Counted from the stretch's first letter, positions 1 to 10,202 are shown. The stretch is 64,000 bases of DNA from an uncultured Chloroflexia bacterium (GCA_963712745.1 CAVQJC010000011.1:289617-353616), one strand, 5' to 3'. A program made the numbers and translations. Notes: generated from the sequence alone by a model not told the origin.

Positions 1-432
1 GCGGTCGGGTTCCTGCTCAAGTACACCCGCATCGGTCGGCGCACCTACGCCGTCGGAGACAATCCCCGTGCGGCCTTCCTGGCCGGCATCGACGTCTCGC
101 GGACCACGGTGGGCCTGTTTGCCATCAACGGCGTCCTCGTCGGCATCGCGGCCATCGTGCTCATCTCGCGCATCGGCTCAGCACTGCCGGACACCGGCGC
201 CGGCCTGGAGCTGCGCGCCATCGGAGCGGTCGTCATCGGGGGTGTACCCATCACCGGCGGTCGTGGCGGCGTAGTCGGGACATTTTTCGGTGTGTTGCTG
301 TTGGGCGTCATCTCCAACATGCTCAACATGCTGCGCGTGGACCCATTCCTGCAGGACATCGCCTTCGGTCTGCTCATCGTCCTGGCCATCGGGGTGAGCT
401 GGCTGCGCACACGCGTCGGAGCGGACGGCTAG
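1..432 (+). CDS. Sugar ABC transporter permease (CUT2/RbsC-like), C-terminal part; 5' end lies outside the window
   Basis: Frame 1 is open from nt 1 (AVGFLLKYTRIGRRTYAVGDNPRAAFLAGI...) and continues into ORF 109..432. It has the typical C-terminal TM segments and the 'GG..ITGGRGGV.GT' motif of ribose-type permeases. Confidence 0.8.
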   Translation, partial: AVGFLLKYTRIGRRTYAVGDNPRAAFLAGIDVSRTTVGLFAINGVLVGIAAIVLISRIGSALPDTGAGLELRAIGAVVIGGVPITGGRGGVVGTFFGVLLLGVISNMLNMLRVDPFLQDIAFGLLIVLAIGVSWLRTRVGADG

Positions 433-480
433 CGGCCGACCACAGGCCGCCTCATACCCTCATACCCTGTCCACCCCACC

Positions 481-495
481 GGTTACCAAGTAACC
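481..495. promoter_or_regulatory. Perfect palindrome GGTTAC-CAA-GTAACC, 41 nt upstream of the 536 ATG; candidate operator
   Basis: Read directly from the sequence. A tandem CATACCCT x2 sits just upstream. There is no functional evidence. Confidence 0.25.
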
Positions 496-535
496 ATGGC
501 GATACCGGCTGTGCCGGACGCAGGCTCTCGGGGAT

Positions 536-1120
536 ATGGACCCCGTCACCCTGAGCCTCGTCCTCGAACGCCGGGCCGAGGAGATCCACGAGCCGGAGTT
601 CGCCGCCTACGCCCCACTCGTGAGCTTCGAAGCCTTCCTGCCCGCGGAGCGGGTGTTCGGCTGGGTGCGCCTCGACGCGGATCGCCTGACCGACCTGCTC
701 AACGTCCATGACCTCATCCGCCTCGCGAACGTGCTCGTCGAGGACCACCGCACCGGCAGGGCTGTTTCGGCCGACGAGACGCTTATCCCCCGGTCCGAGA
801 TCATCGCAGTCGTCGCCCGCGGCCCACGCGGCGACCCAGCCCGTCGCCGGGCGACTCGGGCTCATGCGGTGGTGTACCGATCAGGCATGTACAGCATCGG
901 TGGCTTCGTTCACGCCCCGGTCGGCCTGGACGCTCAGGAGCGATTGCAGGACGGGAGTCCGATGATCCCGCTGACCGACGCATGGGTCGAGTACCGCTGT
1001 GGTGAACAGCACCGCTGCCATCGCAGCGACACGGTCATCGTCAACCGTGAGCTGGCGACCACGTTCGAGCTGGCCGGCGAGCCGACCGACTTGACGCCGC
1101 GAGGGCCACACCAAGCCTGA
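536..1120 (+). CDS. Hypothetical protein (194 aa)
   Basis: Long ORF with an ATG start and G/C-rich third positions. No family recognised. Confidence 0.5.
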   Translation: MDPVTLSLVLERRAEEIHEPEFAAYAPLVSFEAFLPAERVFGWVRLDADRLTDLLNVHDLIRLANVLVEDHRTGRAVSADETLIPRSEIIAVVARGPRGDPARRRATRAHAVVYRSGMYSIGGFVHAPVGLDAQERLQDGSPMIPLTDAWVEYRCGEQHRCHRSDTVIVNRELATTFELAGEPTDLTPRGPHQA

Positions 1121-1386
1121 CACGCCGTGCTGGCGCGCCATGCCTTCCCGGGCCTACTTCACCTGTGGTAGCCGAGGGCGCGCCTCCTCCCGATCGATGA
1201 GGGCGCGACCATCCGACAGGAGCGCTGTGCGCCGCCTCGCGGGCCTCGGCGAGCGTGCCCGCCGGCGTGAAGCTACCCGCGGCTGCCGAGCTTACCCGCG
1301 GATGGATGACCTCCAGCACTCGACCAGGCTGGGACACCGGTCATGATTCAGACGGAGTCGCAGCCAGCACAGAAGGGGGGACTGGC

Positions 1387-2310
1387 ATGAGAGACCTGCG
1401 CGGCAAGAGCGCCATCGTCACCGGAGCATCCCGCGGCGTCGGAGTGAGCATCGCCCGTGCGCTCGCCTCTGAAGGCGTGAACCTGGTCCTGACGGCCCGG
1501 GCTGCCGACCAGCTCTCTCGGGTGACGGAGCAGATCCGCCGACAGGGAGTGCGCGTTGTGGAGGTCCCGGCCGATGTCACGGTAGCGGCCGATCGGGCTG
1601 CTATCGTGACCGCAGCCGAGCTGCACCTTGGGCAGGTCGACATCCTCGTCAACAACGCCGCCATCATCGAGTGGTCGCGTTTCGATGAGGAGGAACCCGA
1701 GGACATCAGCCTCATCATCGAGACGAACCTGGTGGCCCCGCTCCTTCTGACTCGAATGGTCCTGCCCGAGATGCTGAGGCGTCGTTCCGGGCACATCGTC
1801 AATCACGGCTCCCTGGCCGGCAAGGTCGCCATCCCCTTCGAAGCCACGTATGACGCCTCCAAGGGCGGGCTGCACCAGTGGGCCAGCGCGCTCCGACAGG
1901 AACTCGAGGGCAGCGGAGTCGGTGTGACCACCATCCTGCCCAGCTATATCACCGAGGTCGGCCAGGCGGCCGACCATGGGGTGGTCGCGCCCCGGTTGTC
2001 CGGGCCGGTGTCTCCCGCCCGGGTCGCGTCTGCGGTCATCGAGGCCGTGCGACGAGATCCACCCGAGATCGATCGTCCGCTCGGTCCCGACTCGACCCCT
2101 GCTCGCGCTCGGCGAGCTCATCCCGGGCTTCGGCGCCAGGGTCATGAAGTCCATGGGCATCGTCGGGCTGCACCGTGGCCTGGCCGATCGGCGCGAGCGG
2201 TCCTTCTGACCGCACGATCTCGCCATCCCGGGGGGATCACGGGTTCGGCCTGGTCGAAGTCGACCCCGATCGTCGTTTGCCCGCGGGCGTGCCCCGCTAG
2301 GTCTAGTTGA
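1387..2310 (+). CDS. Short-chain dehydrogenase/reductase (SDR). The C-terminal tail is frame-shifted as read; the likely true end is 2209 in the +1 frame.
   Basis: MRDLRGKSAIVTGASRGVG (TGxxxGxG) and an NNAA motif. ATG 1387 follows a GGGGGA Shine-Dalgarno (SD) sequence. After ~2070 the reading frame loses G/C at third positions, while the +1 frame gives an SDR-like tail (VRSVPTRPLLALGELIPGFGARV...) ending at 2209. Confidence 0.8.
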   Translation: MRDLRGKSAIVTGASRGVGVSIARALASEGVNLVLTARAADQLSRVTEQIRRQGVRVVEVPADVTVAADRAAIVTAAELHLGQVDILVNNAAIIEWSRFDEEEPEDISLIIETNLVAPLLLTRMVLPEMLRRRSGHIVNHGSLAGKVAIPFEATYDASKGGLHQWASALRQELEGSGVGVTTILPSYITEVGQAADHGVVAPRLSGPVSPARVASAVIEAVRRDPPEIDRPLGPDSTPARARRAHPGLRRQGHEVHGHRRAAPWPGRSARAVLLTARSRHPGGITGSAWSKSTPIVVCPRACPARSS

Positions 2311-2791
2311 GGCCGTCGCCCGCTCCGAAGAGTGCGCCAAGCAGCACGAGCGCGTGGGCGTCGGGGCACATCGCCATCTGTTGCGCCGCCTTCACCCCTT
2401 TCGAGGTGAGCGCGTGCTCCACGGCACCGTCGTCGCCCACCGTGGCCACTACCAGGCCAGCCGTGACGAGCTCGGTGATCAGCTCGGCGACTCTGATGGC
2501 ATCGTCGGCCGTGGCCCACGAGCGTCGCGTTGCGCTCCCGTGGATGAGAGTATCGGCTCGCACTGCACCCCTCGGCTTCGGGTGACGCGGCTCCGGAGTG
2601 GACCGCCGCGGTATCACCTCGCCCTTACTTGTAGCAGCGCCGGGCCGATACAGGTAGTGACCGCATCCCCACCGGACCATTGCGCTCCGCTCAATCGGTT
2701 GGTACCAATGGGCTATGAGATAGGACTTCTGGCCATTTCCCAGCCCAGCCGTCCAACAAGAGGGCGCGCTGACTGCACCGGCGATCGGCAT
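2303..2791 (-). CDS. Hypothetical protein, possibly a small winged-helix-like protein; start uncertain (alternative 2680)
   Basis: ORF only. The C-terminal 70 aa (AELITELVTAGLVVATVGDDGAVEHALTSKG) are reminiscent of a wHTH. Confidence 0.3.
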   Translation of the reverse strand: MPIAGAVSAPSCWTAGLGNGQKSYLIAHWYQPIERSAMVRWGCGHYLYRPGAATSKGEVIPRRSTPEPRHPKPRGAVRADTLIHGSATRRSWATADDAIRVAELITELVTAGLVVATVGDDGAVEHALTSKGVKAAQQMAMCPDAHALVLLGALFGAGDGLN

Positions 2792-3099
2792 GGAGCACCA
2801 GGCCTCTCGGGGCCTTGAGCTCGCTGCCGGTCATGCTGCCGAAGCCGCTGCAGATGGGCGGAGGACGGGCTGAGCGCCGGGTTGGGCTGCCTGCTGCGCT
2901 GGTGGCCTGGCGATGGCATGCTCAGGAGTGTCGGTGCCAGATCCGTGCACAAACGGCGCGAGGCTCGCGCGTGGCGGTCAAGTTCGGAAGGAGAGCAGTC
3001 GGTGAGGTTTGCCAGTCCCCTGGTAACCGCATTGGCTGACGGTTCGCTTGCTGCCGACTTGGGCCCGTTGTTCCCACCGCTCCTTGTTGGGCCTGCCTT

Positions 3100-4224
3100 C
3101 TACCCCGTCGCTCCCGCCCACGCCCCTCCGAGCATCACGCGTCCCACTCGGAGGTCGTCGTCGAGCTCGACCAAGTCGGCCCGCTGGCCAGCAGCCAGGC
3201 GACCACGATCGGCGATTCCGAGCAAGGTCGTGGGATTGAGTGTGGCGGCGGCCACCGCCTGTGGCAGCGGCACCCCGGAGCGAGCGAGGTTGCGTACGGC
3301 GGTATCCAGGCCGATGACGGAACCGGCCAGGACGTCACTTTCGACGAGTTCACAGCGGTCGCCTTGGACCTCGACCTCGAGACCGCCCAGCCGACCGCGG
3401 CCATTGCCCGTCCCGGCCAAGGAGATGGCGTCAGTGACCAGGAGCAGGCGATTCGCAGGCTTGGTGCGGACGATGAGCGGCCACAGTACAGGGTCCACGT
3501 GCTGACCATCCGCGATGAGCTCGATGAAGGCGCTGTCGTCGGCCAGGGCCGCTGTGGCCAAGCCCGGGGCGTGGTGGTGAACGCCGCTCATGGCATTGAA
3601 AAGGTGGGTGGTCGACGTGGCTCCCGCGGCGTACGCCTGCGCAGCCTCGTGAGCCGTCGCGCTCGAATGACCCAGCGAAACCACGACACCTCGTTCCCGG
3701 AGCCACCGGATCAGTTCCACCGCGCCGGGTAGCTCGGGGGCCATGGTCACGATCCGCCAGTCGTCGAGGAGTGGCTCGAGAACGTCGGCCGAGATGTCAG
3801 ACGGCGAAATGATGAACTCTGGGTTCTGGGCACCCTTGCGGGCGATGTTGATGAAGGGTCCCTCCAAGTTGAACCCCAGCGCTTGGGCCCCATCGGCCGG
3901 GGCCCGCTTGCGCCAGGTCCGGGCAACCTCAGCGAACAGGTGCAGCGTGGGCAGCGAGGCGGTCACCGCTGTGGGAAGGAAGGCGGTCACGCCTCGGCGA
4001 AGGAGCGCGCGGGCCATACCATCCAGGGCAGCAGGCCCATCCATGGCGTCGTGCCCACCATGGCCGTGTACGTGCACGTCAACGAGTCCAGGACAGATCA
4101 GGGGGCCGGACTCGCCCTCGTCGAGCTCGATGCGTTCGATCGCGTCACCGGACACGACGACTCTTCCGGGTGCTACCTGGTCCTCCAACACAAGTCGTCC
4201 CCGCACCGTCAGGGTTTCAGCCAT
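3100..4224 (-). CDS. nagA: N-acetylglucosamine-6-phosphate deacetylase
   Basis: 374 aa with the amidohydrolase metal motif PGLVDVHVHGHGG and NagA-like length and layout. AGGAGGAG SD precedes the ATG. Confidence 0.9.
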   Translation of the reverse strand: MAETLTVRGRLVLEDQVAPGRVVVSGDAIERIELDEGESGPLICPGLVDVHVHGHGGHDAMDGPAALDGMARALLRRGVTAFLPTAVTASLPTLHLFAEVARTWRKRAPADGAQALGFNLEGPFINIARKGAQNPEFIISPSDISADVLEPLLDDWRIVTMAPELPGAVELIRWLRERGVVVSLGHSSATAHEAAQAYAAGATSTTHLFNAMSGVHHHAPGLATAALADDSAFIELIADGQHVDPVLWPLIVRTKPANRLLLVTDAISLAGTGNGRGRLGGLEVEVQGDRCELVESDVLAGSVIGLDTAVRNLARSGVPLPQAVAAATLNPTTLLGIADRGRLAAGQRADLVELDDDLRVGRVMLGGAWAGATG

Positions 4225-4455
4225 CCGACCACTCCTCCTGTGTGCTCTGTGGTCCGTCGACGGGCACCCATCCCCCGGGTCGGCGCATGCCTTGTTCCGA
4301 CTGCTATCACGGAGTCGGCTGGGCGCGATCTCGAGGGCGGAGGTCGATCCTCCGGACGGTCGGGATCTTCTTCTCCGTACACCCAGCTGGGAAGGAGACG
4401 GCCGCGAACGCCACTGGCGTGTGTGATGGGGTCGCCTGCAGCGAGCTGGTGCGAC

Positions 4456-5238
4456 CTAGCGGCGCAAGTGGACATGGACCTCGTATCCCTCACCAACGAC
4501 CGTTGAAAGCGTCCACTCGACGCGTCGGGCGCCGGCGAACCCCACGCGTTCGACCACGAACACCGGTGAGTTGACAGGGATGCTCAAGATCCGCGCGGCA
4601 TCAGGCTCGGCTGTGGCGACACGATACGTCTCGTCCGCGCTGTCGACGTCGAGTGCGTGACGGCTCCGCAGGTACTCATAGAGCGACCCGCTCGAGGCCA
4701 GCGCCGCTTCGACGTCCATACCGAACTCTGCGGGCAGGTACGTGACCTGATGCGCGATGGCATGACCATCGGCCCGACGGATGCGCTCGATCCGGACGCA
4801 GCCTCGACCAGGGTCGAGGTCGATCGGCATCTTGCCGGGCCTCGACAGATGCTCCACGCCAATGAGATCGGAGCTCTGTTTGAGACCAAGCTCATGCAGT
4901 TCCTCCGAGAACGACGTCAAGCGGCGCGGACCGACCGCGATGGAGCGGGGACGGACGAATGAGCCCCGACCCTGCTCGCGGTGCAGCAATCCATCGCGCT
5001 CGAGCAGATCGAGGGCGTGGCGCACCGTGATCCGGGACGCTCGGTAATCGCGGGAGAGCTGAGCTTCCGTGGGGATCGACGATCCCACGTCGAACTCCTC
5101 GGCCAGGATGCGACGTCTGAGGTCGTCCGCGAGCTGCCGGTACAGCGGCTGTCCATCACGTACCAGCGCCCGGGTCGCGGCCGACGAGCCGCTTGCCTGG
5201 CGCGGGGCAGGAGGTCTGGTCCGTGAGGGGGTTGCCAT
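4456..5238 (-). CDS. GntR/HutC-family transcriptional regulator (wHTH + UTRA)
   Basis: PLYRQLADDLRRRILAEEF...LPTEAQLSRDYRASRITVRHALDLLERDGLLHREQGRGSFV is a canonical GntR HTH. It is divergent from the ABC operon. Confidence 0.9.
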   Translation of the reverse strand: MATPSRTRPPAPRQASGSSAATRALVRDGQPLYRQLADDLRRRILAEEFDVGSSIPTEAQLSRDYRASRITVRHALDLLERDGLLHREQGRGSFVRPRSIAVGPRRLTSFSEELHELGLKQSSDLIGVEHLSRPGKMPIDLDPGRGCVRIERIRRADGHAIAHQVTYLPAEFGMDVEAALASSGSLYEYLRSRHALDVDSADETYRVATAEPDAARILSIPVNSPVFVVERVGFAGARRVEWTLSTVVGEGYEVHVHLRR

Positions 5239-5240
5239 AG

Positions 5241-5270
5241 TTGTTATGACATCATATCATCTGGTAGCAT
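5241..5270 (+). promoter_or_regulatory. Candidate sigma70-type promoter TTGTTA-N18-TAGCAT in an AT-rich divergent region (GntR / ABC operon); probably also holds the GntR operator
   Basis: Hexamers read from the sequence. This is the only AT-rich patch in the 5239..5339 intergenic region. Confidence 0.35.
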
Positions 5271-5339
5271 CGTGCGGTCTCACCGCCCGATGGCCCGGGC
5301 GCACGTCCCAGGCTCTCGCAGGAGAAGGAGGAAGTCCGA

Positions 5340-6650
5340 ATGTCCAAGTCCCGAGGCGTAGCCGTCGGTCTGGCTGCGCTGTTTGCTGTGAGCCTGAGTG
5401 GCGCCGCGACAGCGCAGGATGAACCGGTGGAGATCTCGTACCTGACCCATTGGGGCCCTGACCAGGCCGCACAGCTGGAAGCGATCGCTGCGGCCTTCAG
5501 CGCAGAGAACCCCGACGTGAGCGTCGATATCCGGGCCGTACCGTTCGGCGACCTGTTGACCACCATCAAGACCCAGGCTGCGAGTCCTGGTGGGCCGACC
5601 ATCGCCGGTATCTACAACCTGTGGCTACCCGAGCTGGTCCGTGACGGGGTGGCGGCCGCAGCCCCAGACGAGTATGCGTCGGACATCTCCGCCAACTGGC
5701 CTGCCGGTGCGGTCGATGGCGCGTCGGTCGATGGCGTGAGCTATGGCTATCCGAACGAGATCAACGCGTACGCACTCAACTACAACAAGCGCCTCTTCGA
5801 GGAGGCCGGCATCGCGGCTCCCCCGGCGACCTGGGATGAGCTCGTGGATGCCGCCCAGAAGCTCACCGTCAAGGACGGCGACTTGATCATGCAGCAGGGC
5901 TTCGGCCTTATCAACAGCTGGCCTGCTGGCGTCGTGCACCCGTTCTACTCGATGGTCGCCTCTGATGGCGGCGACATCGTCGACGGTGTCACACCTACGC
6001 TGGACGCCGGCGCGACCGCCGAGACGCTGGCGTTCTACGAGAGCCTTGTGTCCGAGTACGGCGTGACCGCGCCAGAGATGGGCACCGCTGATGCCAACAC
6101 GGCGGGTCCGTTCATGGACAACTTCACCAGCGGCAACACCGCCATGATCATCATGGCCAACTGGTGGCAGAGTGCGCTGAAGGCGGCCATGGGCGATGCC
6201 TTCGCCGACGTCGCGACCGCGCCCATTCCTGTCGGTCCCAACGGTGAGGGGTCCAAGGCTGTCTCCTACGAGTGGCTGACCACCGTCAATGGTCTGGCCA
6301 CGCCGGAGCAGCAGGACGCCGCCTGGCGCTTCCTGCAGTACCTCCACGACGCTGCCAGCGGTGCGACCGGTTCGGGAATGGGTGAGATCCTCATCGGTAT
6401 GGGCATCATCCCCAGCCGCAGCAGCGATGCTGACGCGTTCGCCGAGCAACTGTCCGGCCCGTTCCTCCAGACCTACGTGGACAGCCTTGCCACCGCTGTG
6501 CCTTTCCCCATGATCCTGGGCGGGCAGGAGCTCAGCGAGATGCTCCAGAAGAAGATCGAAGGCGTGATGTTCGGAGAGCTGAGCGCAGATGATGCTGCCG
6601 CCCAGGCGCAAGCCGAAGCGGAGCAGATCCTGTCCCAGCACTACGAGTAG
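5340..6650 (+). CDS. ABC transporter extracellular sugar-binding protein (CUT1 family)
   Basis: Signal peptide (MSKSRGVAVGLAALFAVSLSGAATAQ), ~436 aa, followed by MalF/MalG-type permeases. GGAGAAGGAGGA SD. Confidence 0.9.
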   Translation: MSKSRGVAVGLAALFAVSLSGAATAQDEPVEISYLTHWGPDQAAQLEAIAAAFSAENPDVSVDIRAVPFGDLLTTIKTQAASPGGPTIAGIYNLWLPELVRDGVAAAAPDEYASDISANWPAGAVDGASVDGVSYGYPNEINAYALNYNKRLFEEAGIAAPPATWDELVDAAQKLTVKDGDLIMQQGFGLINSWPAGVVHPFYSMVASDGGDIVDGVTPTLDAGATAETLAFYESLVSEYGVTAPEMGTADANTAGPFMDNFTSGNTAMIIMANWWQSALKAAMGDAFADVATAPIPVGPNGEGSKAVSYEWLTTVNGLATPEQQDAAWRFLQYLHDAASGATGSGMGEILIGMGIIPSRSSDADAFAEQLSGPFLQTYVDSLATAVPFPMILGGQELSEMLQKKIEGVMFGELSADDAAAQAQAEAEQILSQHYE

Positions 6651-6784
6651 CGAGAACGAATCCGCAGGCAGCGCCCTGGTCGTTGCGCCGGTCACCTGAG
6701 ACCTGGTGATGACGACCAGGGCGCTGCCGCGATGTTGAGCGACCGTCGCGCCTCGGCGCTGACACGGGAGGATCGACTCACACG

Positions 6785-7702
6785 ATGACAGGGCACGCCG
6801 GCACGCCGGACGAGCGGCACGGAAGCATCCGCCCGACCTGGCGCACGCCGATCCTGTTCATCGCGCCGGCCGCACTGCTCATCTTCGCGACGGTACTGAC
6901 GCCCATCGTGCTTTCAGGCTGGATCAGCCTGCACGAGTGGAGCCTGTTGACGCCGATCACGGACATGGAGTGGGTCGGGCTCGACAACTACGCGGCCATC
7001 TTTCGCGACGCCTCGTTCACGCGGGCGCTCACCAACACCGCTGTCTTCGCGATCGCCTTCGTGTTGATCGGCATCCCGCTTGCGCTGGTGATCGCCGTCG
7101 TCATCGACGGCAGCGGCGTGCGCGGCGGCCGCGCCGTGCTGGCCGTGATGTTCACCACCTATGTCATCCCCACCGTGGCCGTTGCGCTGCTGTGGTCATA
7201 CCTGCTGTCGCCGAGGGGCGGGCCGGTCAACGAGCTGCTGAAGATCATCGGATTGCCCCCGCAGCCATGGCTGGGCTCTCCGCGGACAGCACTGGCCAGC
7301 CTGGTCCTGCTGACCATCTGGCAGTACCTGGGCTACTTCACCACCATCCTGGTCGCCGGCCTGACGCAGATCCCGCGCGAGCTCAACGAGGCTGCGTCCA
7401 TCGACGGCTGCGGGCCGGTGACACGACTATTCCGCATCACCATCCCGCTCCTTCGGCGCCCACTGACCTTCGCCATCGCCATCTGCCTGATCACCGGTCT
7501 CGGTGTCTTCGACTCGGTCAACGTGCTGACCCGAGGCGGGCCGGTCGATTCGACCAATGTCGTCACCTTCCACGCTGTCCGCACTGCCTTTGACTTCGGG
7601 TCGGCGGGCCGCGCGGCAGCGATGACGATGGTGCTCCTGGTCGGCGTAGTGCTGGCGGTCGGGAGCGTCCTCCTGCTCAGCCGCGATACCCACGACCAAT
7701 GA
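6785..7702 (+). CDS. Carbohydrate ABC transporter permease (MalF-like)
   Basis: Six TM segments and the EAA loop 'ELNEAASIDGCGPVTRLFRITIPLL'. Confidence 0.9.
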   Translation: MTGHAGTPDERHGSIRPTWRTPILFIAPAALLIFATVLTPIVLSGWISLHEWSLLTPITDMEWVGLDNYAAIFRDASFTRALTNTAVFAIAFVLIGIPLALVIAVVIDGSGVRGGRAVLAVMFTTYVIPTVAVALLWSYLLSPRGGPVNELLKIIGLPPQPWLGSPRTALASLVLLTIWQYLGYFTTILVAGLTQIPRELNEAASIDGCGPVTRLFRITIPLLRRPLTFAIAICLITGLGVFDSVNVLTRGGPVDSTNVVTFHAVRTAFDFGSAGRAAAMTMVLLVGVVLAVGSVLLLSRDTHDQ

Positions 7703-8547
7703 TTTCGGACCGGTCGATCATCCCTCGACGGTTGCGCAGGCTGCCTGCGGCGGCGGTGCTGTTGGTCACGCTGTTGTTCGCCGGCTTCCCGCTCTTCTGG
7801 CTAGCCTCCAACTCGCTGAAGCTGCCAGAGGAGATCACCGCACTGCCGCCGGTGTGGCTGCCAAGCGAGCCTTCACTGGACGCTTTCGTCGAGGCGTTCC
7901 GGCTGCTGCCTTTGGGCAATGCCTTCCTCAACTCGATGCTGATCGCAGGCATCTCGACGGCCGCGGTCGTGGCCACCAGCACCGCGGCAGGCTGGGCCTT
8001 TGCGGTCTATGAGTTTCGTGGACGCGAGCCGCTGTTCCTGCTGCTGCTGGCCACCATGTTCGTCCCACCGATCGCGACGCTGGTACCGCTGTATTGGCTC
8101 GTCCAGTCCGCGGGTCTGCTGGATTCGCTGGTAGGGGTTCTGGTACCGCAGTTGGCGAACGCGTTTGGCATCTTCCTGATCCGCCAGTTCGCTCGCGGGG
8201 TGCCCCGTGAACTCCTCGATGCTGCTCGTGTGGACGGCGCATCCGAGTGGCGCATCCTCATGTCCGTGGGCGTTCCGCTGCTACGCCCGGCCATCGCTAC
8301 CCTGGCGATGTTCGCGTTCGTCTTCTACTGGAACGCCTATCTGTGGCCGCTCGTCGTGCTGCAATCGCCCGACCACTTCACCGTCGTGCTCGTGGTCAAT
8401 CAGCTGCAGTCCTACACGTCCGCGGTACGGCTATCGAATGTCATCTTCGCCGGCACGCTGATGGCCATCCTGCCCAACATCCTGCTCTTCATCATCGTCC
8501 GGCGGGCCTATTCGGACGCAGGCTTCAGCAGCGCTGTGAAGGGGTAG
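7699..8547 (+). CDS. Carbohydrate ABC transporter permease (MalG-like)
   Basis: EAA loop 'ELLDAARVDGASEWRILMSVGVPLL'. 4-nt overlap with the upstream permease. Confidence 0.9.
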   Translation: MISDRSIIPRRLRRLPAAAVLLVTLLFAGFPLFWLASNSLKLPEEITALPPVWLPSEPSLDAFVEAFRLLPLGNAFLNSMLIAGISTAAVVATSTAAGWAFAVYEFRGREPLFLLLLATMFVPPIATLVPLYWLVQSAGLLDSLVGVLVPQLANAFGIFLIRQFARGVPRELLDAARVDGASEWRILMSVGVPLLRPAIATLAMFAFVFYWNAYLWPLVVLQSPDHFTVVLVVNQLQSYTSAVRLSNVIFAGTLMAILPNILLFIIVRRAYSDAGFSSAVKG

Positions 8548-8550
8548 CGG

Positions 8551-9456
8551 ATGAGCAACGTGGTAGCCATCGACATGGGTGGCACGAAGACCGCCATCGC
8601 GGTCTTCGACGTCGACGGGCGCCTGCTTGCTCGATCGGTGGAGGCTACCCCGAGGCTCACACCCCATGATGCTGTGCATCGTTTCGCGGAGCGGGCACGA
8701 CAGCTCGAGGGCATCGCCGAGGTCACGGCCGTCGGGATGGCGATGCCTGCCATCGTGGACGCCAACGGGCACGTAGCCTGGGCAGCGCAGAGCGTGTCCG
8801 CATGGGAAGGGGCTCCCGTCGGTGTGATGCTCGCGTCGGCCTTCGGCATTCCTGCGGTCGCGCTGTTCGATGGCTACGCCGCGACCCTCGGGGAGGCGAC
8901 CTTCGGCGCAGGCCGTGGCTATGACAGCGTGGCGACGCTGATCATCGGCACCGGTTTCGGCGCTGGCGTCTGGCTCGAGGGCAAGGTCATCGAGGGGCGG
9001 ACGGGTGTGGCCGGGGCGGTCGGCTGGAATCGCTGGCCGTTGACCGACGGGCTGCTCTCGGAGCCGGCTGAGGCCGTCGCTTCGGGAACGGGGATCCTGG
9101 CTGTGGCGCGCCTCGCTGGACGGCATCAGGACTACCCCGACACGGCGTCCGTGTTCCGACGAGCGTCCGAGGGAGATTCGGCGGCTCGACACGCCGTGGA
9201 CCAAGCCGCCCTCGTGGCTGGCACGGTGGCCGGGCACATCATCGATCTGTTGGCCCCGCAACTCGTGGTCTGGTCTGGAGGGGTTGGCTCGCGCGCTGAC
9301 TTCTCGGAGCTGGCCACCGCGGTCGCGCAGCAGAGCTGTCAACCGTACGCGGTCACGCGTACGAAGTTCACCACATCGGGGCTCGGCGCTGAGTCGAGCC
9401 TCGTCGGAGCGGCAGCCAAGGCGCTGTCGATAGCCAAGGGAGAGGATCCAGGATGA
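8551..9456 (+). CDS. ROK-family sugar kinase (GlcNAc-kinase-like)
   Basis: N-terminal 'VAIDMGGTKTAIAVFD' ASKHA phosphate-1 motif and ROK-like length. Confidence 0.85.
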   Translation: MSNVVAIDMGGTKTAIAVFDVDGRLLARSVEATPRLTPHDAVHRFAERARQLEGIAEVTAVGMAMPAIVDANGHVAWAAQSVSAWEGAPVGVMLASAFGIPAVALFDGYAATLGEATFGAGRGYDSVATLIIGTGFGAGVWLEGKVIEGRTGVAGAVGWNRWPLTDGLLSEPAEAVASGTGILAVARLAGRHQDYPDTASVFRRASEGDSAARHAVDQAALVAGTVAGHIIDLLAPQLVVWSGGVGSRADFSELATAVAQQSCQPYAVTRTKFTTSGLGAESSLVGAAAKALSIAKGEDPG

Positions 9457-10202
9457 GTGCACAACGTTACTTCGAAGCAGCGGCGGAGTTGGTCACCAAG
9501 ATCGAGCAGACGCAGACCGAAGCCATCGGTCAGGCCGCCCGCATGATGGCCGACGGCGTGAAGGAAGGTGGCTTGGTGAGCCTGTTCGGCAGCGGTCACT
9601 CGATCCTGCCTGTGATGGACGCCTTTCCTCGCTATGGCAGCTATCCGTGCCTGCGGCCGCTGACGGACCAGCGCCTGGGTTGGTCCAATGTGCTCGGCAC
9701 CGGCGGTGTGCGCGAGTTGTTGTGGCTCGAGCGCACGGAGGGCTACATCGCCAACTTTCTGGGCAATTACTCCTTCCAGGACGGTGACACGCTCGTGGCA
9801 TACAGCCACGGCGGCCTGAACGCCGCTGCGATCGATGCCGCCCTCTACGCGAAGGAGCGCGGTGCCTCGATCGTGGCTATCACCTCGGTCGCGAACCTGG
9901 ACCTCAATGCCGCCACGCATTCGTCTGGCAAGCGCCTCGCGGAGGTCGCTGACGTCGTCATCGACAACTGCTGTGATCCAGCCGATGCGGTGGTCGATAT
10001 CGACGGCTGGGGACCTCCGGTCGGGGCGACCTCCACGCTGGCTGTCATCGTCATCACGATGTGCCTCGTGAGCCAGCTGGCGCAGGAGTTGAAGGATCGC
10101 GGCATCGTGCTGCCGACGTTCGTGTCGCCGAATGACACGCGCTTCGGTCCTGACCACAACGTCGAGGTCTTCGCGGAGTACAAGCGTCGCGTCCATCGCT
10201 AG
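9453..10202 (+). CDS. SIS-domain protein (UPF0309-like sugar isomerase-domain protein)
   Basis: 'LFGSGHS' SIS nucleotide-loop context, ~249 aa, 4-nt overlap with the ROK gene. Confidence 0.8.
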   Translation: MSAQRYFEAAAELVTKIEQTQTEAIGQAARMMADGVKEGGLVSLFGSGHSILPVMDAFPRYGSYPCLRPLTDQRLGWSNVLGTGGVRELLWLERTEGYIANFLGNYSFQDGDTLVAYSHGGLNAAAIDAALYAKERGASIVAITSVANLDLNAATHSSGKRLAEVADVVIDNCCDPADAVVDIDGWGPPVGATSTLAVIVITMCLVSQLAQELKDRGIVLPTFVSPNDTRFGPDHNVEVFAEYKRRVHR

